64,000 nucleotides of DNA from Octopus sinensis (lineage: Eukaryota), in assembly GCF_006345805.1 (NCBI RefSeq), contig NC_043008.1, positions 76,384,001 through 76,448,000 on the forward strand, in the 5' to 3' direction. Position numbers and translations under genes: made by a program. Of this stretch, positions 13,070 through 27,949 are shown piece after piece (the first letter of the stretch is position 1; each line of letters begins with the position of its first letter). Below the pieces are notes generated by a model, which saw only the letters and a program-made list of their open reading frames with translations, had not been told where the DNA came from and searched no databases.

Positions 13070-13751
13070 AGACAATCAGAAAATGCTATGAAAGTGACCG
13101 TTAGATAATGGGAAAAACCGAAAGGGGGAAAGTAAAAAAGTAAAAATAGTCATAGAAATCGTGTATGCGCGCATGTACATATATACATATATGCGCACGC
13201 ACACCCACGTACATGCGCCTATATATGTAAGCTCACTCACACAAGCGTAAAACATATACATACGCACCCACACATACGGCTATATATGCACATATATATG
13301 CAACCATATATGTACACATATACATATCCTCACACACAAGCGCGCGCACACATTTGCACATACCCATACGCGCACAATTATATTCAAATACATGTCTAAA
13401 TACATGATATATGTGCATATGCTCACTCATACTCGCGTGAAACACATGCTTGTACACCCACACATATATGCAACCATACACATGTACATATACATATAAT
13501 TGTGTCCTACGTCAAAGAAATATGTGGGTCTCATAGAGGGGAATATATAAATACACATTTCGCCCAGCGTGCTAACGGTTCTGCCATCTCGCCGCCACAA
13601 GATTAAATCTTGCGAAGATTAAATCTTGGCGTCGATTTCTTCGACTAAAGGGGTGCTCCAGCATGTCCGCAGTCACATGACCGAAACAGGTAAAACAATA
13701 AAAAATTATTCCATTTTAATCTCAAGCAACGTCGGGTATATCTGCTAGCAG

Positions 13752-13838
<87 letters not shown>

Positions 13839-13959
13839 ATATATATACACACAATACCGTCTCTTCGTTTATCTGGCCATTTAAAAAACGCTATGAAAAA
13901 CTACCGGGAAATTTCTGTGTTATAATTCCTCTACTTATATAAATTAAGATTAAAAGTTC

Positions 13960-14010
<51 letters not shown>

Positions 14011-17000
14011 GTGTATATATATATATATAAACAAATGTATGAAAAAGAAGCTATATCTGGTCACGTACTATAAAGTACTAAAAACTTAGTGTGAGAATGA
14101 AAGAAATATTTAATCCATTATTGTTAGTTCATCGAAAAATATATTCAGCCGGATGAGCCATAAGTGGCTCAGTATATATATTTTATCGGACTAACAAGTA
14201 TGAATTAAATCTTAGATTTAAATATATGCTAATACACACTGAAATGTATTTAGCAGTTAGCTGCTCCGGTTATCAAAACACTTGGCATCACTAAGTAGTC
14301 TCATATGCAAATGTTAATGTTTTTGAGGCAATATATCGAAGTTGTGATGATAAATTCTGTAAATTAATTGAAACATTTTGAAAGCATTAGGTTATTGACT
14401 CAATCAAAACATTCGTTAATATCTGTAGGGAAGCTCTACCGTGGTTCCATATGATGAGAGGCATGCAGCATCTTACTGCAAGCGCTAGGTGACTCTTGGG
14501 GTTAAATCCAAAAAATAAACACATCATAGAATAATTTGAATTTTGGTAACAGACAAAAATCATTGAATGATTTCTGAAGCAATGTGTTAATGGTTCTTTA
14601 TCAGCTTGGATAATACATTGATGGTGTTTATAGTTTGGCCTCAAAGGTGAATTGAGGTCTAATATTGAATATATAATTAAATCAATAAGTAGATAATATC
14701 GTAGTGTATTCAATAAAATTACAATTTTTTTAAAATCACTATATTATATGATTTCATTTCCAGCTAATATGCCGTGTTACATAGGCTTGTAGAGATAAAT
14801 ATTTCTATAGTGAACTGAGCTTCAATCCTGCATCTCTCTTGGCTCCTGTTGTTAAATATATTGTAACACTACAACAGAAGTTATACATAACTATGATTAT
14901 TTACTTTTCAATAGTCGTGTCTTTTCTACTTACTTTCAGCTATACAAACAGGCGTAGCTCTATGTGCCTTGTGTACAGTGGTTTACTTTAGTATCTTATA
15001 TTATTTAAAAAGTACTAGCTGGTCCCGTACCGTCAAAAATGACGGATAATTGTAGTATTTTATATATAAATAAGGTACATAATAATCATACATACACACA
15101 TTCACATACTTCCCTTGTACACGCGCACACATTCTCACATATACTCACACAGAGTTAAAACGGTATTTGATTTTTTTTCAGCGTTGAGTGTTCACTCACA
15201 CATACAAACGTTCAAATTTTGCCATCACCCCTTCCTTTCACATTCACATGTTGTGTCGGAGAAAAACACAAGAGTACAAGAGTATTATTATATCACCATA
15301 CCACTTCCATTGCACACACACACACACACAAACGTTCACATTCCTCGTTTTTACGTACACACACATATACTCACACACAGTTGAAAAGCTGACTGTGTTT
15401 CACCCCTTCCTTATTCATCTATCACCCCTTCCTTTCTCATTCATATGTTGTGACGGAGAAAGAGACAAGAGTATTTTTATAGTAGAATTCTGCAAGATGT
15501 GCCTCATTTCTATATTTTAAACTTTTAGACCTTTAAGTGTAAGTCTTGGAGTGACATTTTAAGGTATAAACTGCGCGTTATATTTTTAAAAATTTCATTA
15601 TACAAATTGATTGTTTTCCATCCTACTTTCTGATTATATTATTATTAATTGTTGTTGGTGGTGGTGGGAGGATGGTGGTGGCGGTGGTGGTGGTGTATCC
15701 GACTTAATGTTTCGTTTTCCGAAATAATGCTCTCTTTATTGTATGATCGGCCTACACTCAACAAATTTATCGGTTCCTTTGCTTTCTTACTACTGAAACC
15801 GTAACCTTTTCCATTGTAAAATATCCTCGCAAAATGGCATATTTTGATAGCCAACCAACAAGAAGAGCGAGCGAGAATTTAAGCCAATGTAAGCAAGTTT
15901 CCACTGAAAGCCTTCGTTTCAGTACTTTTACAGAAGAACGATTCTCCTAGTCAGCAACTTAGCACCACTACCGCCACTACCACCTGGTGATGTTGAGAAG
16001 AGATGTTGATGTTGAGAAGAGATTGCGTGTCAAGCAAGGGAAACGACTGCTACCCGGAAATAGAAAAATAAAAATGAAATGTCGAGCGACAACAAGATCG
16101 ACAACTCCGATACCGCCAGCTCAATGACAATTCCACTAATTAATCGACCAATTACTACATCACCAAGTAAGGTCAATAACACCTGTCTCATGCATATGAC
16201 TAATTTCATCAGTTCCAGAAGCAACGTACTGTAAAGAATAAGGGGGTGACATCTTTTCAAGGAGTGACAAGTTTCAGAACTAAAAGAAATACAGAAGCAG
16301 AGTAAGGAGAGAAAAACGAAGGACAGGCTCACAACCATGGTGTGCTCTCAAAGAAAATAGATGGTGCGAGACATCCTACAGCATAAGTACGAAGGTTCAG
16401 TGAGGAACAAAAAGCCCCAAGATATACTCAGATAGTGATGTACCTAAAAGTAGTATGGAAGCAGAAAACATTTGTAAGTCGTGACAGGTAATACAGACCA
16501 GTTCCGCTTAGATTCCTTTATAAAGCTAAAGCAAGAAACTATGTTGCGATCTTACAAAGCTGGAATGCATCACCTAACTGATCAAGATGCCAAAACAAAC
16601 CCAGGTCAGTTCAAATATGTTTGTGACATATTTTAACCTCTTAGAGAAATTTCACTGCAGTTTATCGTGAAGAAAAAATTTTCACTTATGGTAAAATGTG
16701 TAAAAATACTTAAAGTTTGTTTTCTTCTCACTGCTAAGAGCAGCTTCTACTGTAATTGTTCTGACCAGGCAGCCTGCGAGAGCACGTTAGTCACTAATAT
16801 CGACTGTTATAAGATCAAGCCACATCTGTATAATCTGCTCAGGTTTATCTCTCTTCGGGATCTCCTAACCAGGAAGGCTAAGAAGCTAGAAACGCATTTA
16901 GGAATTCCCTAGACGGGGAGCCACTGAGCAAATGTGTTTTTAGATTTTTTACTATACACGATTATATTATTTCCTCCTTGGTAAATTGCAGTGAATTTGC

Positions 17001-17015
17001 TTTTAGAAGTTAAAA

Positions 17016-17019
<4 letters not shown>

Positions 17020-17084
<65 letters not shown>

Positions 17085-17375
17085 GCTGCTGTTGCTGCTG
17101 CTACTGCTGCTGCTGCTGCTGCTACTGTTGCCGCAACTTGCTGCTGCTTCTACTACCACTACCACTACTACTACTACTACAACCAACACTACTACTACTA
17201 TTACTTCTTCTACCACCGCTACTGCTTATAAGAATAATGATAATGATGATAATAATAACAAGAAAAAGAACAACGATGACGCCGACAATGACGATGACGA
17301 CGACGACGAGGGTAATAATGATGATTACGACGAAGATAATGCTGATGATAATAACATCAACAATAACAATAAATG
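17020..17375. repeat. Compound trinucleotide tract (CTA)n(CTG)n followed by (AAT/GAT/GAC)n
   Basis: Direct reading. It generates the poly-L, poly-C and poly-T ORFs in the track. Confidence 0.9.
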
Positions 17376-17749
17376 ACTTTTATTGGCTGCAAGGGCTGGA
17401 AAAAGATTTAGGACAATTCAAAGACAAAGGACAGTGGGGACTTACACAAACACATGTAAACAATGAAAACAGTAATAATAAACAAGAATAACGGCAAACA
17501 TCCTGAACGGGTAGAGAACGCCACCAAGAACATGAAACGCCACGTAGTACCCTCTAATTACACCACATGGTACACCATACTCACTTGGTGAGCCATGGCA
17601 AAGGCTTTTCACTCCTCCGTTTTCTTAAACCTACGGGCGCTATTTTAATGTAGACCCCCTCATTCGGGCCATACTTGCCACATCACCAACTTTTGAACAC
17701 ATCCCTCTCGATCCTCATCTTCCTTATTAAATGGAAATTTTTTAAAATC

Positions 17750-20330
17750 CGATGAAGATTTAGAAAATCTGATGAAGTGGAAAGTGTCTGTATTCATTCT
17801 TTTCAGTCTCGTCCACCATGCAACCGCTTTTCCATATCCACAGTGCCTGAACCTTCAGGCATTGTTTCCTTCATTTCATTATTGGACGAATCTAGCCACC
17901 CTGCTCGTCACCTCTTCCTATTTTTTGACCACTTGTAGAACTGAACCAAACCTCACATAATTTACCTGGTGCACACCTCCAGTGCCCAAGCACACTTTTA
18001 GAAAGTATGGAGCTACAAGTCTAACGATTTTCCCCAGTTAAATTTTGCTCCTCATCGTCTCCTATCCGCCTCCTGTTTCCTTAGAGTAGTGCCGATGATC
18101 ACGAAGAGTTTCCTGTCTCACAATCTTACTTTGACATCGTCCACATATACAAACATTTCGTACACTGTACATTGCAACGAGCCAGCGTTTGAAGACCGGA
18201 CAGAAAGCGACTGCTGTCAGGTCATCAGTCTAGTATTGATGTTCGTCCTTATCAAACGCTTTTAGTTTATCTAAATTATCAAGGGCACCACCCATGCTAG
18301 GTTTTTACCCATTTTCATCCTTTCTCATCACATCAGGTGGAGATGGTCCTTGATATTTTTTTCTGTTTTGGCACATATCATCCACCAGAGTACAGACGTT
18401 AAGCGTCTGTCTCTTAGGTAACACTTTTCTCATATTTTTCAATTCTGCATTGGTATAATTTGAAAATCTTTCGGATACTCTCTTAGCAGCATCACAACAC
18501 TTATTTTTGCAGAGCTTGGAATTGTTCACTTTTGCTGCCATTTACTGCAGGCATTTGCCAAGAAGACCCAGATGAATCTGGTATATATGAAGATAAAGAT
18601 ATATCTGCAAAGTGTCCGACCATGGGAACTTTTCCGTTGTGCAGCCGCTCATCACTTCATGTATTTCGTCAATCCCCGTCTCTGCTTTACTGTTTTCCTG
18701 AAACAGATCAGGGAAGTTTCACCTATCGGCTTGGTATCGAGTAGCACGTTACTCTTCTGATCCTTCAAGGGCCGAATTGTGACTTTGTTGTCAAGATGTA
18801 CCTCTGCCATCCTGGCCCATCGAACGACTTTCGAGTACTCGTGCCTTAGAGTATGTTCCCTAGCACTGATAACACAACCTTTGTACTTAACGTTCAAAAA
18901 TCAGCCAAGCGCCAATTTCGCCGCCAGCACATTAGTCACAACGCTTTTTCTGGGTGTATCTTCTCTATTATTTGCTTGCTCTCCCTCTACCTTATAATTC
19001 TCTACCATTATTTCCTTACTAAAACCTAATCGATTGTTATCGAATAAGAATTTTGAGGACTGACCACCACTAGTTGTCAACTCCCTCTTATCTAGTTCTC
19101 CAATCCGGTATCTGTAAACTTGGCACACTGGAAATAAAGCCGTCAGCTTTCAGTAACGAGATCCCTGTCTATGCAGTTTCGTGGGCCTGCAGCTCGGAAC
19201 CTGGAGAGGCAGATCCATGACATTCAATAAGGTCGTGGAACGCCGGACAAAAGAACGGTTAAATTGTTCGGATCTTGTTTGGTCCGTATTTCCATGTGGC
19301 GAACGAATGAAACGAGGTGACGAGCAGGATAGCCAATCTCACCCATAAATGGGCAGAGTGAAAACTGTCTCTGAATGGTCGGGCAAATATGGCTTACTTT
19401 GTCTCTGCTATATACCACCTCCTGAATGTCGTGCCTCACTCCAGTTTACGTCTGACCAAACTAGAGCGCATACACGTTTGCTTTCAGTGAAAGGGATGCG
19501 TTATTTTTGTTAAGTTCTCCATTTGTTGTCAACAACTTCTGGATGATGGACTGAGCATGCTGAGGTTGCCAATCTGCTGACATGCGCTGAGACTACGACA
19601 TCTCTAGCGCTTCCTTCATGGTGAGCAGGTGTGGTTGCTGTTTGGCTGCCTCGTTCTTCCATAGCTCGTCTCTTTGAGTTACATTCTTGGATCAAGCGTA
19701 GACCGAAGCAGGGCACCTGACACAATCCTCTGTCATTCTGGTAATGCGGTTGGTGGAGGTTCTATAGAGGGTTAGTGGCGGCCCATGCATTGATGGGGAA
19801 ACCCTGGGCGTCGACGAAAATCAACTGGCAGCTCTGTTCCGGAGGACTTTCGCGCCGGGGAATATGGATAATTTCAAGAAATCCTTGGCCTGACGGTGCT
19901 AATGGGGAGCGTTACTAGTGTGGGATAAACTCTACAGGCCGTCAGCCTTGCTTGTCCGTGATGAACGCAGTATTGTTGACCTGTGGGTTTATGTCGAACA
20001 TCTGCTGTCAAGTGTAGGGCGGATCCGGCTATCGGCGAAGTTCATTGTGAAGATCGTCCCGCCACATTCCTTTGGCTGGTAAGGGCGGGCAGTGTTTGTT
20101 TGTCTAGCAGTTTTTAACTAAAGATGTTGTGTGGTAGACCAGATTGAAAGTGCTGAAGACGGATACTTTCCTTTTTGACCAAGCTGTCATCAACTTTTTC
20201 AAGTATAACTTGAAGGGAAAAGTGGCGGTAGATAGAGAAGTGTTGCCTCCAAGCAATATTGTTGAAGGTGGCCGAATGTTGTAAGAATGGTCCGAGTGAA
20301 AGGGGCCTACACTAAATATGTGCCTACAGA
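17750..20330 (-). mobile_element. Degraded Tx1/L1-clade LINE
   Basis: Minus-strand remnants NAELK..KVL.KR, DHLHLM, GGALDNLDKLKAFDK.EHQY, PVFKRWLVAMY, YVDDVK and GCVISAREHTL. Many stops. Confidence 0.6.
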
Positions 20331-22295
20331 CAATTAGGAGACGGCACTTTCCCTAGAAAGTGGTTTTGTGAGGATTTTGTGAGCAGCCCTAGGAATGAAT
20401 TCACCTTCTTTTGGGGAATTTTTCATTGCTAAAATTCATATTATCATTTTCACTGTTTACAAGCTCCATTTTACGTTATTTTATACCGTCCCCATCATTA
20501 TCGTGAATTTCTGCAACAAAAACGAGTTCGTCACAGTGCCTCAATACATTTGCCCAACTCAAATATATCCTCGATCGTGTAGTTTTTAGCTTTTATACCA
20601 ATTCTCACCATTCACTATAACATTGTGACCTTATGTCAAAGAAATAATGTTATATTATTGCATTGTCGAATACTACACTCTTGTATTCAAGTCGTGTGTT
20701 AGATAACGTTCGTTAAATCGGTTGGAGAAAATCTATATTCAGCATGATTAGTACATGAAGACACAGGAGCTTAAATTTAAAGTTTACTTTCAACTGTATT
20801 TCTAATCAGATGAAATTTCAGTTAAATTATTTATAAACATTAATATCATTCTGTTCACCTGACGAATAACCTGGTCAGTAATTTTTTTAGGATGCACGAG
20901 AGATTTGTTAAATGATTTGACTAATTTCCTGTATTGTTGTTTCTGTTTCTACGTAGTATTATTTTGATTTTAAATGGAAAGATCTTAGAAGATACTTGAT
21001 GTTTAGATGACAGAGAATAATGATGCAGCATTGTGTTTTGATTATCGGAATATTTGAGTTAAATAATTAATTCTGCATACACAATGGACCATAGAATTAA
21101 TGAATAAAATTTGAAAATATCTTATAACTGCGGTGTAAAAGTGATGGCCACTTATTGTGTTATATATCTTCAAAAGATTCCAAGCATAGGTGGGTAAAAT
21201 ATGTTCTGTTAATTCAACAATGTGTGCCATCATATAAATCTTAGAATAAAGTTTCTTTAAAACAGTGAGACAAGACAGAGAAATGGAATATTCACTCATT
21301 AATTACCCATGTTCCTAGAGATTGTTAATATATGGAGGAAGAATTACTTACGTTTAGACACTGCTGAGACAAGCTATTTTATGAAAATATGACAAATTTA
21401 GAATTAAAAATATATATTACGACATTAGTACGGATGAAAATGACAGCTTAAAACTGGTAAAAACCAGTAATACAAACCTAGAAATTAATGAAGATAGCAG
21501 ACTAAATCTAGTTTCAGTAGCCGAAATTTAAAATAAATAAAATCAACTCAGAAGCTGTATAAAGTTAATTCCTTTACAAGCTTATCCTTGTCTCGACAAC
21601 TCTTTGAAAAAGAAAACTTTACATTAGACAGAATTTTATGTACAAACAAAATCGAAGTTTTGAACAGAATACAAATACACACAAAAAAGGATATTAAATA
21701 GTACAGGTTTTGTCTTTCAGCAAGAGAGAACGTTTGTTTCTTCTTCTCTAAGATTGAACTTTGTTGTCAATCTTCTTCACGGTGAATTCAAAATCGAAAT
21801 TTGAATTCTTTAGAAAATAACAGAAGCAAGACACAGTTCTCGTTAAAATTACAGTCAAAATAGTTTTTGACACATTAACCGGATGTTCAGAAATGATAGA
21901 CACATCGCTGGACACTGGAGATATTTTATGACTTTTTTTATTTTAGTGCTGCATATTTTATATATTATTTGGAAATAACTCAACAAAATAAGAAACATCA
22001 TTCTGACATAGCAACTATTTTATGTTGGTATAGACAAGAAGTTGTTGATTATTGAGGTTAGGATACATCACCTCATCTCGAACAAAATCTTCTAGAAGTA
22101 TCTATGTTATCTAAATGTGTCAACGGTAGATGCATAAAACACCGTTTGACAGGAATCAAATGTAGAAACTATGGAAATTAGATATTAAGCGCAAAATGTT
22201 TGACTAAGACATTGTCCAGAAATATATGTTTAATACACACATCGATGATTGTAAAACATCGATGATTATACTGTTTCACTATTATTATTATTATT

Positions 22296-22627
22296 GAGTG
22301 AGAGAGCAGTGCATGCCATCAAAGTGACACTGAGGTAAAATTTACGGAGCTCAGTATACCCATCATGACTACCCGTTTGATAAGGGTACACCAGGCACAT
22401 GCATCACAACCATATGTGCGTGACATGGTGATCTCATATCAAGATAAACAGCGCATGACCTTGCAGGTGGGGCCCAGTTAGAATTTTCTTCAGGTCGGGT
22501 AGCCCATCCCGCTCAAAAGGTTCCTGAATAAGGATTGTTTAAGGATGTTGAACGGAACACCCATTTTTCCAGAGGGGAATTATTCAAACCCCAAAGAATC
22601 CCTCTCAACACATGGCTATGATGCTCT
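22296..22627 (-). mobile_element. Interspersed repeat with an (AAT)n 3' tail (non-LTR 3' end or SINE-like)
   Basis: GC-richer block ending on the minus strand in …ctctctcactc followed by (aat)n at 22281-22295. Recognised from memory as a common octopus repeat; not verified. Confidence 0.45.
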
Positions 22628-22629
22628 TA

Positions 22630-22828
22630 TTTCTTATTTCTTTACTGTCCACAAGGGGCTACACACAGAGGTGACAAAAAAGGACAAACAAACGGATTAA
22701 GTCGATTATATCGACCCCAGTGTCGCAGTGTTCAACCGGTACTTATTTTATAGACTCCGAAATGATAAAAGGTAAAGTCGACCTCGGAGGAATTTGAAAT
22801 CGGAATGTAGCGACAGGCGAAATACTTC
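22630..22828 (-). mobile_element. tRNA-derived SINE (family A), partial
   Basis: Reverse-complement match to 62103-62340 (gtcgacctcggaggaatttgaa; ggacaaacaaacggattaagtcga). Confidence 0.8.
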
Positions 22829-22874
<46 letters not shown>

Positions 22875-22877
<3 letters not shown>

Positions 22878-25186
22878 CTTTAACGACATACTGGCAGAAC
22901 CAAAGACAATGCCTGAATGGCTCACGAAGGGGAAAACCATCTTAATTCCCAAATCCAATGAAACGGCAAAACCAGAAAACTACAGACCTATAACCTGTCT
23001 CCCTACAATGTACAAAGCATTTACTGCAGTAATATCACAAAGATTGAACAAGCACCTGGACGAAAACAACCTGTTTCCTGAAGAGCAGAAAGGATGCCGC
23101 AAAGGCTCATATGGCTGTAAAGATCAACTAATGATCAATAAAGCCATAACTGAAGACAGCCACAGAAAGAAGAAAGGCCTCAGTATGGCCTGGATCGACT
23201 ACCGAAAGGCGTTTGATAGCATTCCCCACACGTGGATTCTCGAAACACTAGCCATTAACAAGGTAGCACCAACAATTATAAAATACATAGGACACTCTAT
23301 GAATAAATGACAGACAGTGCTACAGCTCCAAACAAAAGAAGGACTCGCGAAAACCAAAGCCATCTCCATTACAAGAGGAATATTCCAGGGAGACACGCTC
23401 TCTCCACTCCTTTTCTGCTTGGCAATGTCACCTCTATCTGATATGCTAAATAGAACTGGATGCGGATATAAATGTTGCAGCAAAACAATCAGCCACCTTT
23501 TATATATGGATGACCTAAAACTATACGCTACAAATGTTAAACAGCTGGAAACATTACTAAAGACAGTTCATGGATATGAAATAGATATGAAATTTTGGAT
23601 TCGAAAAATGCGCTAAAGTAACCCTGAAAAGAGGAATACTAGTTAAGAGTAGCAACATCACACTAGATAAAGCCAATGAAATAAGAGAATTAGACCAAAG
23701 CCAAACTTACAAATATTTAGGAATCCATGAACTAGATAAAACACAACACACACAAATGAAAGAGAAAATAAAGAAAGAATACTATAGACGAGTTAGATCA
23801 ATACTAAAAACAGAGCTCAATACTAAAACGAAGATAATAGGTATGAACACTTTAGCCGTCCCAGTTATATGTTACAGCTACAATATCCTTAACTGGATGC
23901 TAAATGAACTAACTAAAATCGATAGGAAAGCAAGAAAATTATTGACATGATCTAGGATGCATCACCCAAAATCTGACATAGAAAGGCTATATATACAACG
24001 TATAGAAGGCCGTAGAGGCTTTATAAAGCTGGAAAACTATTATAAAATAACCACCATAGGACTGCAAAAATACCTACTTCAGAAGCAAGGAAAACTGATA
24101 CAAATAGCAGCAAAACACGAGCAAAACAAAAAATTGTCCTCACTATTTAAGGAAGCTGACAAATACAAACAAGAAATCATACCATCTAACAAATATGAAG
24201 AAGAAGAAGGAGAAGAAGAAGAAGAAGAAGAAGAAGAAGAAGAAGAAGAAGAAGAAGAAGAAGAAGAAGAAGAAGAAGAAGAAGAAGATACAACAAAATC
24301 TATAAAACAAATGAAATCCAAACTAAAACTAGAACAGCAACAGACCATGATAAAAAGATGGCAAGAAAACCCCCTTCATGGCAAATACTGGACTAAAATA
24401 AATGCAAAAGAAATAGACAAAGAAAAATCCCACCAATGGTTGAGAAGCTCGGGACTCAAAGCAGAGACAGAGGTATTTTTAATTGCAGCACAAGATCAAA
24501 GCCTCCCTACCAGAAATTACCAAAAACATATAATGAAAAGAAATATAACAAGTAACTGCAGAATATGCGGAGATGGACAAGAAGCAATAAATCATATTAT
24601 CTCTGTGAATATATTCACAGGCACGACAGAATCACAGAAAACGAGAAAGCAACCATACTCTGGGATATGCCAATACACACAGATAGAGAAATTAAGGTCA
24701 ACAGACCAGATATAGTTATCAGAGATCATGAAGAAAAAATGTTTTCTAATTGATATATCAATACCAGCAGATGACAACGTGTCTCTAAAAGAAATGGAGA
24801 AACTTTCAAAATACAAAGACCTGGAAATAGAAGTAACTCGAATGCGGAATCTAAAAACAGAAACAATTCCTATCATAGAAGGTGCATTAGGCATGATAAA
24901 AAATATTCAGATAAATACATAACAAAAACACCAGGACTTACAAACACATATAACATACAGAAAATTGCACTACTAGGCACTGCACACATCCTAGACTTAC
25001 AAACACATAACATATAGAAAATTGCACTACTAGGCACTGCACATATCTTACGCAGAACACTTTCAATACAGTAACCATCAGAGCATCACAACAAATCACA
25101 GCACATACCCAAGGCACACAGAGCTGCGCTCGGTAGTGAAGTGAAAGCACGCTATAAAGATAAAACTTCTGAATAATAATAATAAT
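22875..25186 (+). mobile_element. 5'-truncated, disrupted R4/Dong-clade LINE (RT plus restriction-like endonuclease)
   Basis: NYRPITCL, EEQKGCRKGSYGCKDQL, WIDYRKAFDSIPH, GIFQGDTLSPLLF, HLLYMDDLKLY, CRICG..E.INHIIS, RPDIVI..CFLIDISIP and IPII.GALG. Stops and frameshifts are present. (AAT)n on both sides (22829-22875; 25172-25186). Confidence 0.88.
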
Positions 25187-27329
25187 GATATGGCGGGCAC
25201 AAGAAATGTATGAACGTAACTTTCCATTGCTAAATATTTCAGCACTGCTATCACAGAACAACAAAAGGAATCGATGACAACAACAAAAAAATGCAACAGC
25301 ACTAGCGGGAACACAGGTCTCTTCCACCACCGCCGCCAGCGGCAATAGCAAACCCACCACAATCAACAGGACTACCAGTATCATTAATGAAAAAGACGAC
25401 AATAAGAAACGCCGAAACATGCAAATCTGCTCGTTTTGCCCACTTGTCGTGGCAAATACGGGAAAAAACTTTATAAATAAATATGTGGGCGAAGCGTGGC
25501 ACTAAATGTTCCTGATCTCTCCATCGAGAAACTAGTTTGCGGAGGGTTCTAAAAATAATTGGAACAAAATATAGAAGCAGCACACCAGCAGATAGAAACA
25601 TGTTTGCGGCCAATTTGTAGCCAGGGGCCTAAAAAATATTGAACTGTCGAAGTGAGGTTCGCCTCAGAGGAAGAAGTCAAAAAGCACTCAAGTACCACCT
25701 TAGAAAGTGACGAACTCTTTCCCATCCAAATTCTCCTTAGCCGAGGAGTGTTTAAAATAAGAATAATAAATATAACACCGGACATCAACATCTACAGGGT
25801 GATGGCAGCGTTTCTCCTTGACATAAAAGACAAAACCAGTGTTCTACAGATACAGACAATGCAGAATCAGATTTGATTAGGACAGTGAATGCAGTTTTTA
25901 ATATAGGCCGAGGCCATCCCGGACTTTATAACCCTTCCAGATGGTCGCAGTGGGCTGAAGGCCGATGGTATCAACTATACAGAGAAACGAATCACATCAA
26001 AGGCTTTTGCCAACAGAAGAGGAAACCAACGCTTTAGTTGATACCATCACCACTAACTAGTACCAACACACCACCACCACCGTCACCACCATCATCGCCA
26101 CAATATTAACATCAACAACAACCACAGCAGCAGCAGTAAAAACAGCATTAACAGCACTAACAGAGGGAAGTGGCCACATCACCGAAACAGGACCAAAAGT
26201 AACAGCTGCGAAAATAGTAGCAACAATAGTTACTGCAGTAACAACACCACCACCATCAACAACAACAACATCAGAGACTCCTAACACAATAACAGCTACT
26301 TCAACAAAACACAAAAAACGTTTCCTCTAAACACATCCATCCCTTCTTCGGACCACTCAGACATGTCCTGTAATGACGGGAACCATGGCGAGCCTAAATG
26401 GCAAATGGTCGCCAAGAACAAGAAAAAGAAGTGGAACAAAAACACACCAACACCAGTAGAAAAATCTGGTGGATACGAACAAATGGGGTAGGTGACTTTG
26501 AGCAACAATGCTCAAAACCACCCCATGCCACGGCTACACTAACATTGTTAACATCATCTCCATCACTAACACAACTACCAGCACTAATACACCACCACTA
26601 CAAACACAACCTAATTCACACGCACAACAGTTTGATCACCAAACCCAACTGGGACAAAATTTAAACATCATAAACTATATTTCATACCACGACCAAAAAA
26701 TCACCAATTGAATACATATATAGCCATACAGATATCACTCTGAGCAATTACATCACACCGACAACCAACATACCTACACACATAAAAATCATACAAATAC
26801 AACAAAACAAATATTACACATTAAAAACAAACACCCTGATAGGCTTGGACATTTTACAACAAAGTTAACAAAAGACTTAACACAGAACTACTTGTGGAAA
26901 CGCCCACATCTAACCAGAGGTGCGAAACTTGTATCCCTCATTCCTCACAAAACTACGATGCATAGTTATCTCTCTCTCTCTCTCTCCCTCCCCCTCTCTT
27001 TCCCTCTCTTATCTATCTATTTATCTATCTATCTGTCTATCTATCTATTTCTCTCTCTTTCTTTCTCTTTCTCTGTCTCTTTCTCTCTTTCTCTCTATCC
27101 CCCTTTTCTCTGTTTATTTCATTATCCAGCATGTCCTTCCTCAGGATAGTCAGTAAAAATGTACATGGCCCGGGGTCACCTTGGAAACACCTACTCACTG
27201 ACCTCATTTTCGGACGATGCAAGTTTGTCTTATCTCCATATCAACCAGGAATAGGCGGGGACTGCGGTGTTGTTCCGGTCAGATCTGGATCTGAAAATAA
27301 AGGCTGTATTCCTGGAAAGTAAGTTGCTG

Positions 27330-27790
27330 ACCCTAAATGTGAACGGTAGCGAGCAGAGCGATGGCTGTTTATGCTCCGACAGGAGCATAACAGCCGTATC
27401 TCTTCAAATATCTGTAAGTTCTCCTGAGAACGTCTCAAACTTTAGTTCTAAAGGAGGACTGAAAAGCTGTCTTGGATGCACATTTACATTGTGAGGTTAC
27501 CTGTTAGCAAAGGAGTGCAAACCCTCGTTGACCTGCTAAAACATTCTTTACTGGCTGCGCCAATGTGGACGTGGAGGAACCACATCGGGTCATCCAGAGT
27601 ATTCTGTACGTCAGTACATAAGTATAGTATAAGTTGTCCACGTTTTAAAATCGTCGGCTACACAGACCACAGACCTAAATAGATTTCGATGGCAGGGACC
27701 CAGTTACTGGAAGCTAAACTCTTGAAGTGTTAGGCTTAGAGAGACCGGAATAGCGAATTAGTTAAGCTGGCTTTCAGCAAGTATTGTAAA
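27330..27790 (+). mobile_element. Tx1/L1-like AP endonuclease remnant (possible ORF1 remnant at about 25500-26500)
   Basis: KLLTLNVNG, WRNHIGSSR, CPRFKIVGYTDH and GPSYWKLNS motifs across frameshifts. Confidence 0.65.
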
Positions 27791-27949
27791 TATTTCTGTG
27801 TCTTTTTTCAGGTTTCCATTCTTCAGTCATAACCAACACTTCTCTATCTCTTTTTTTTTTGTATATATCGTGAGGTCATCTACATAAAATAGGTGATATA
27901 TTCTTACCTTGGTTTTGGTAAACTCATAAGCAAGCCTGGATTTTCTCAG

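Noticed and set aside
16991-17491. 166-aa ORF and poly-Q/L/C-like tracts
   Set aside because: Entirely produced by trinucleotide microsatellites; no coding context.
17765-17805. CTGATGA-agtg-GAAA hammerhead-like string
   Set aside because: No stem I, stem II or stem III pairing could be built.
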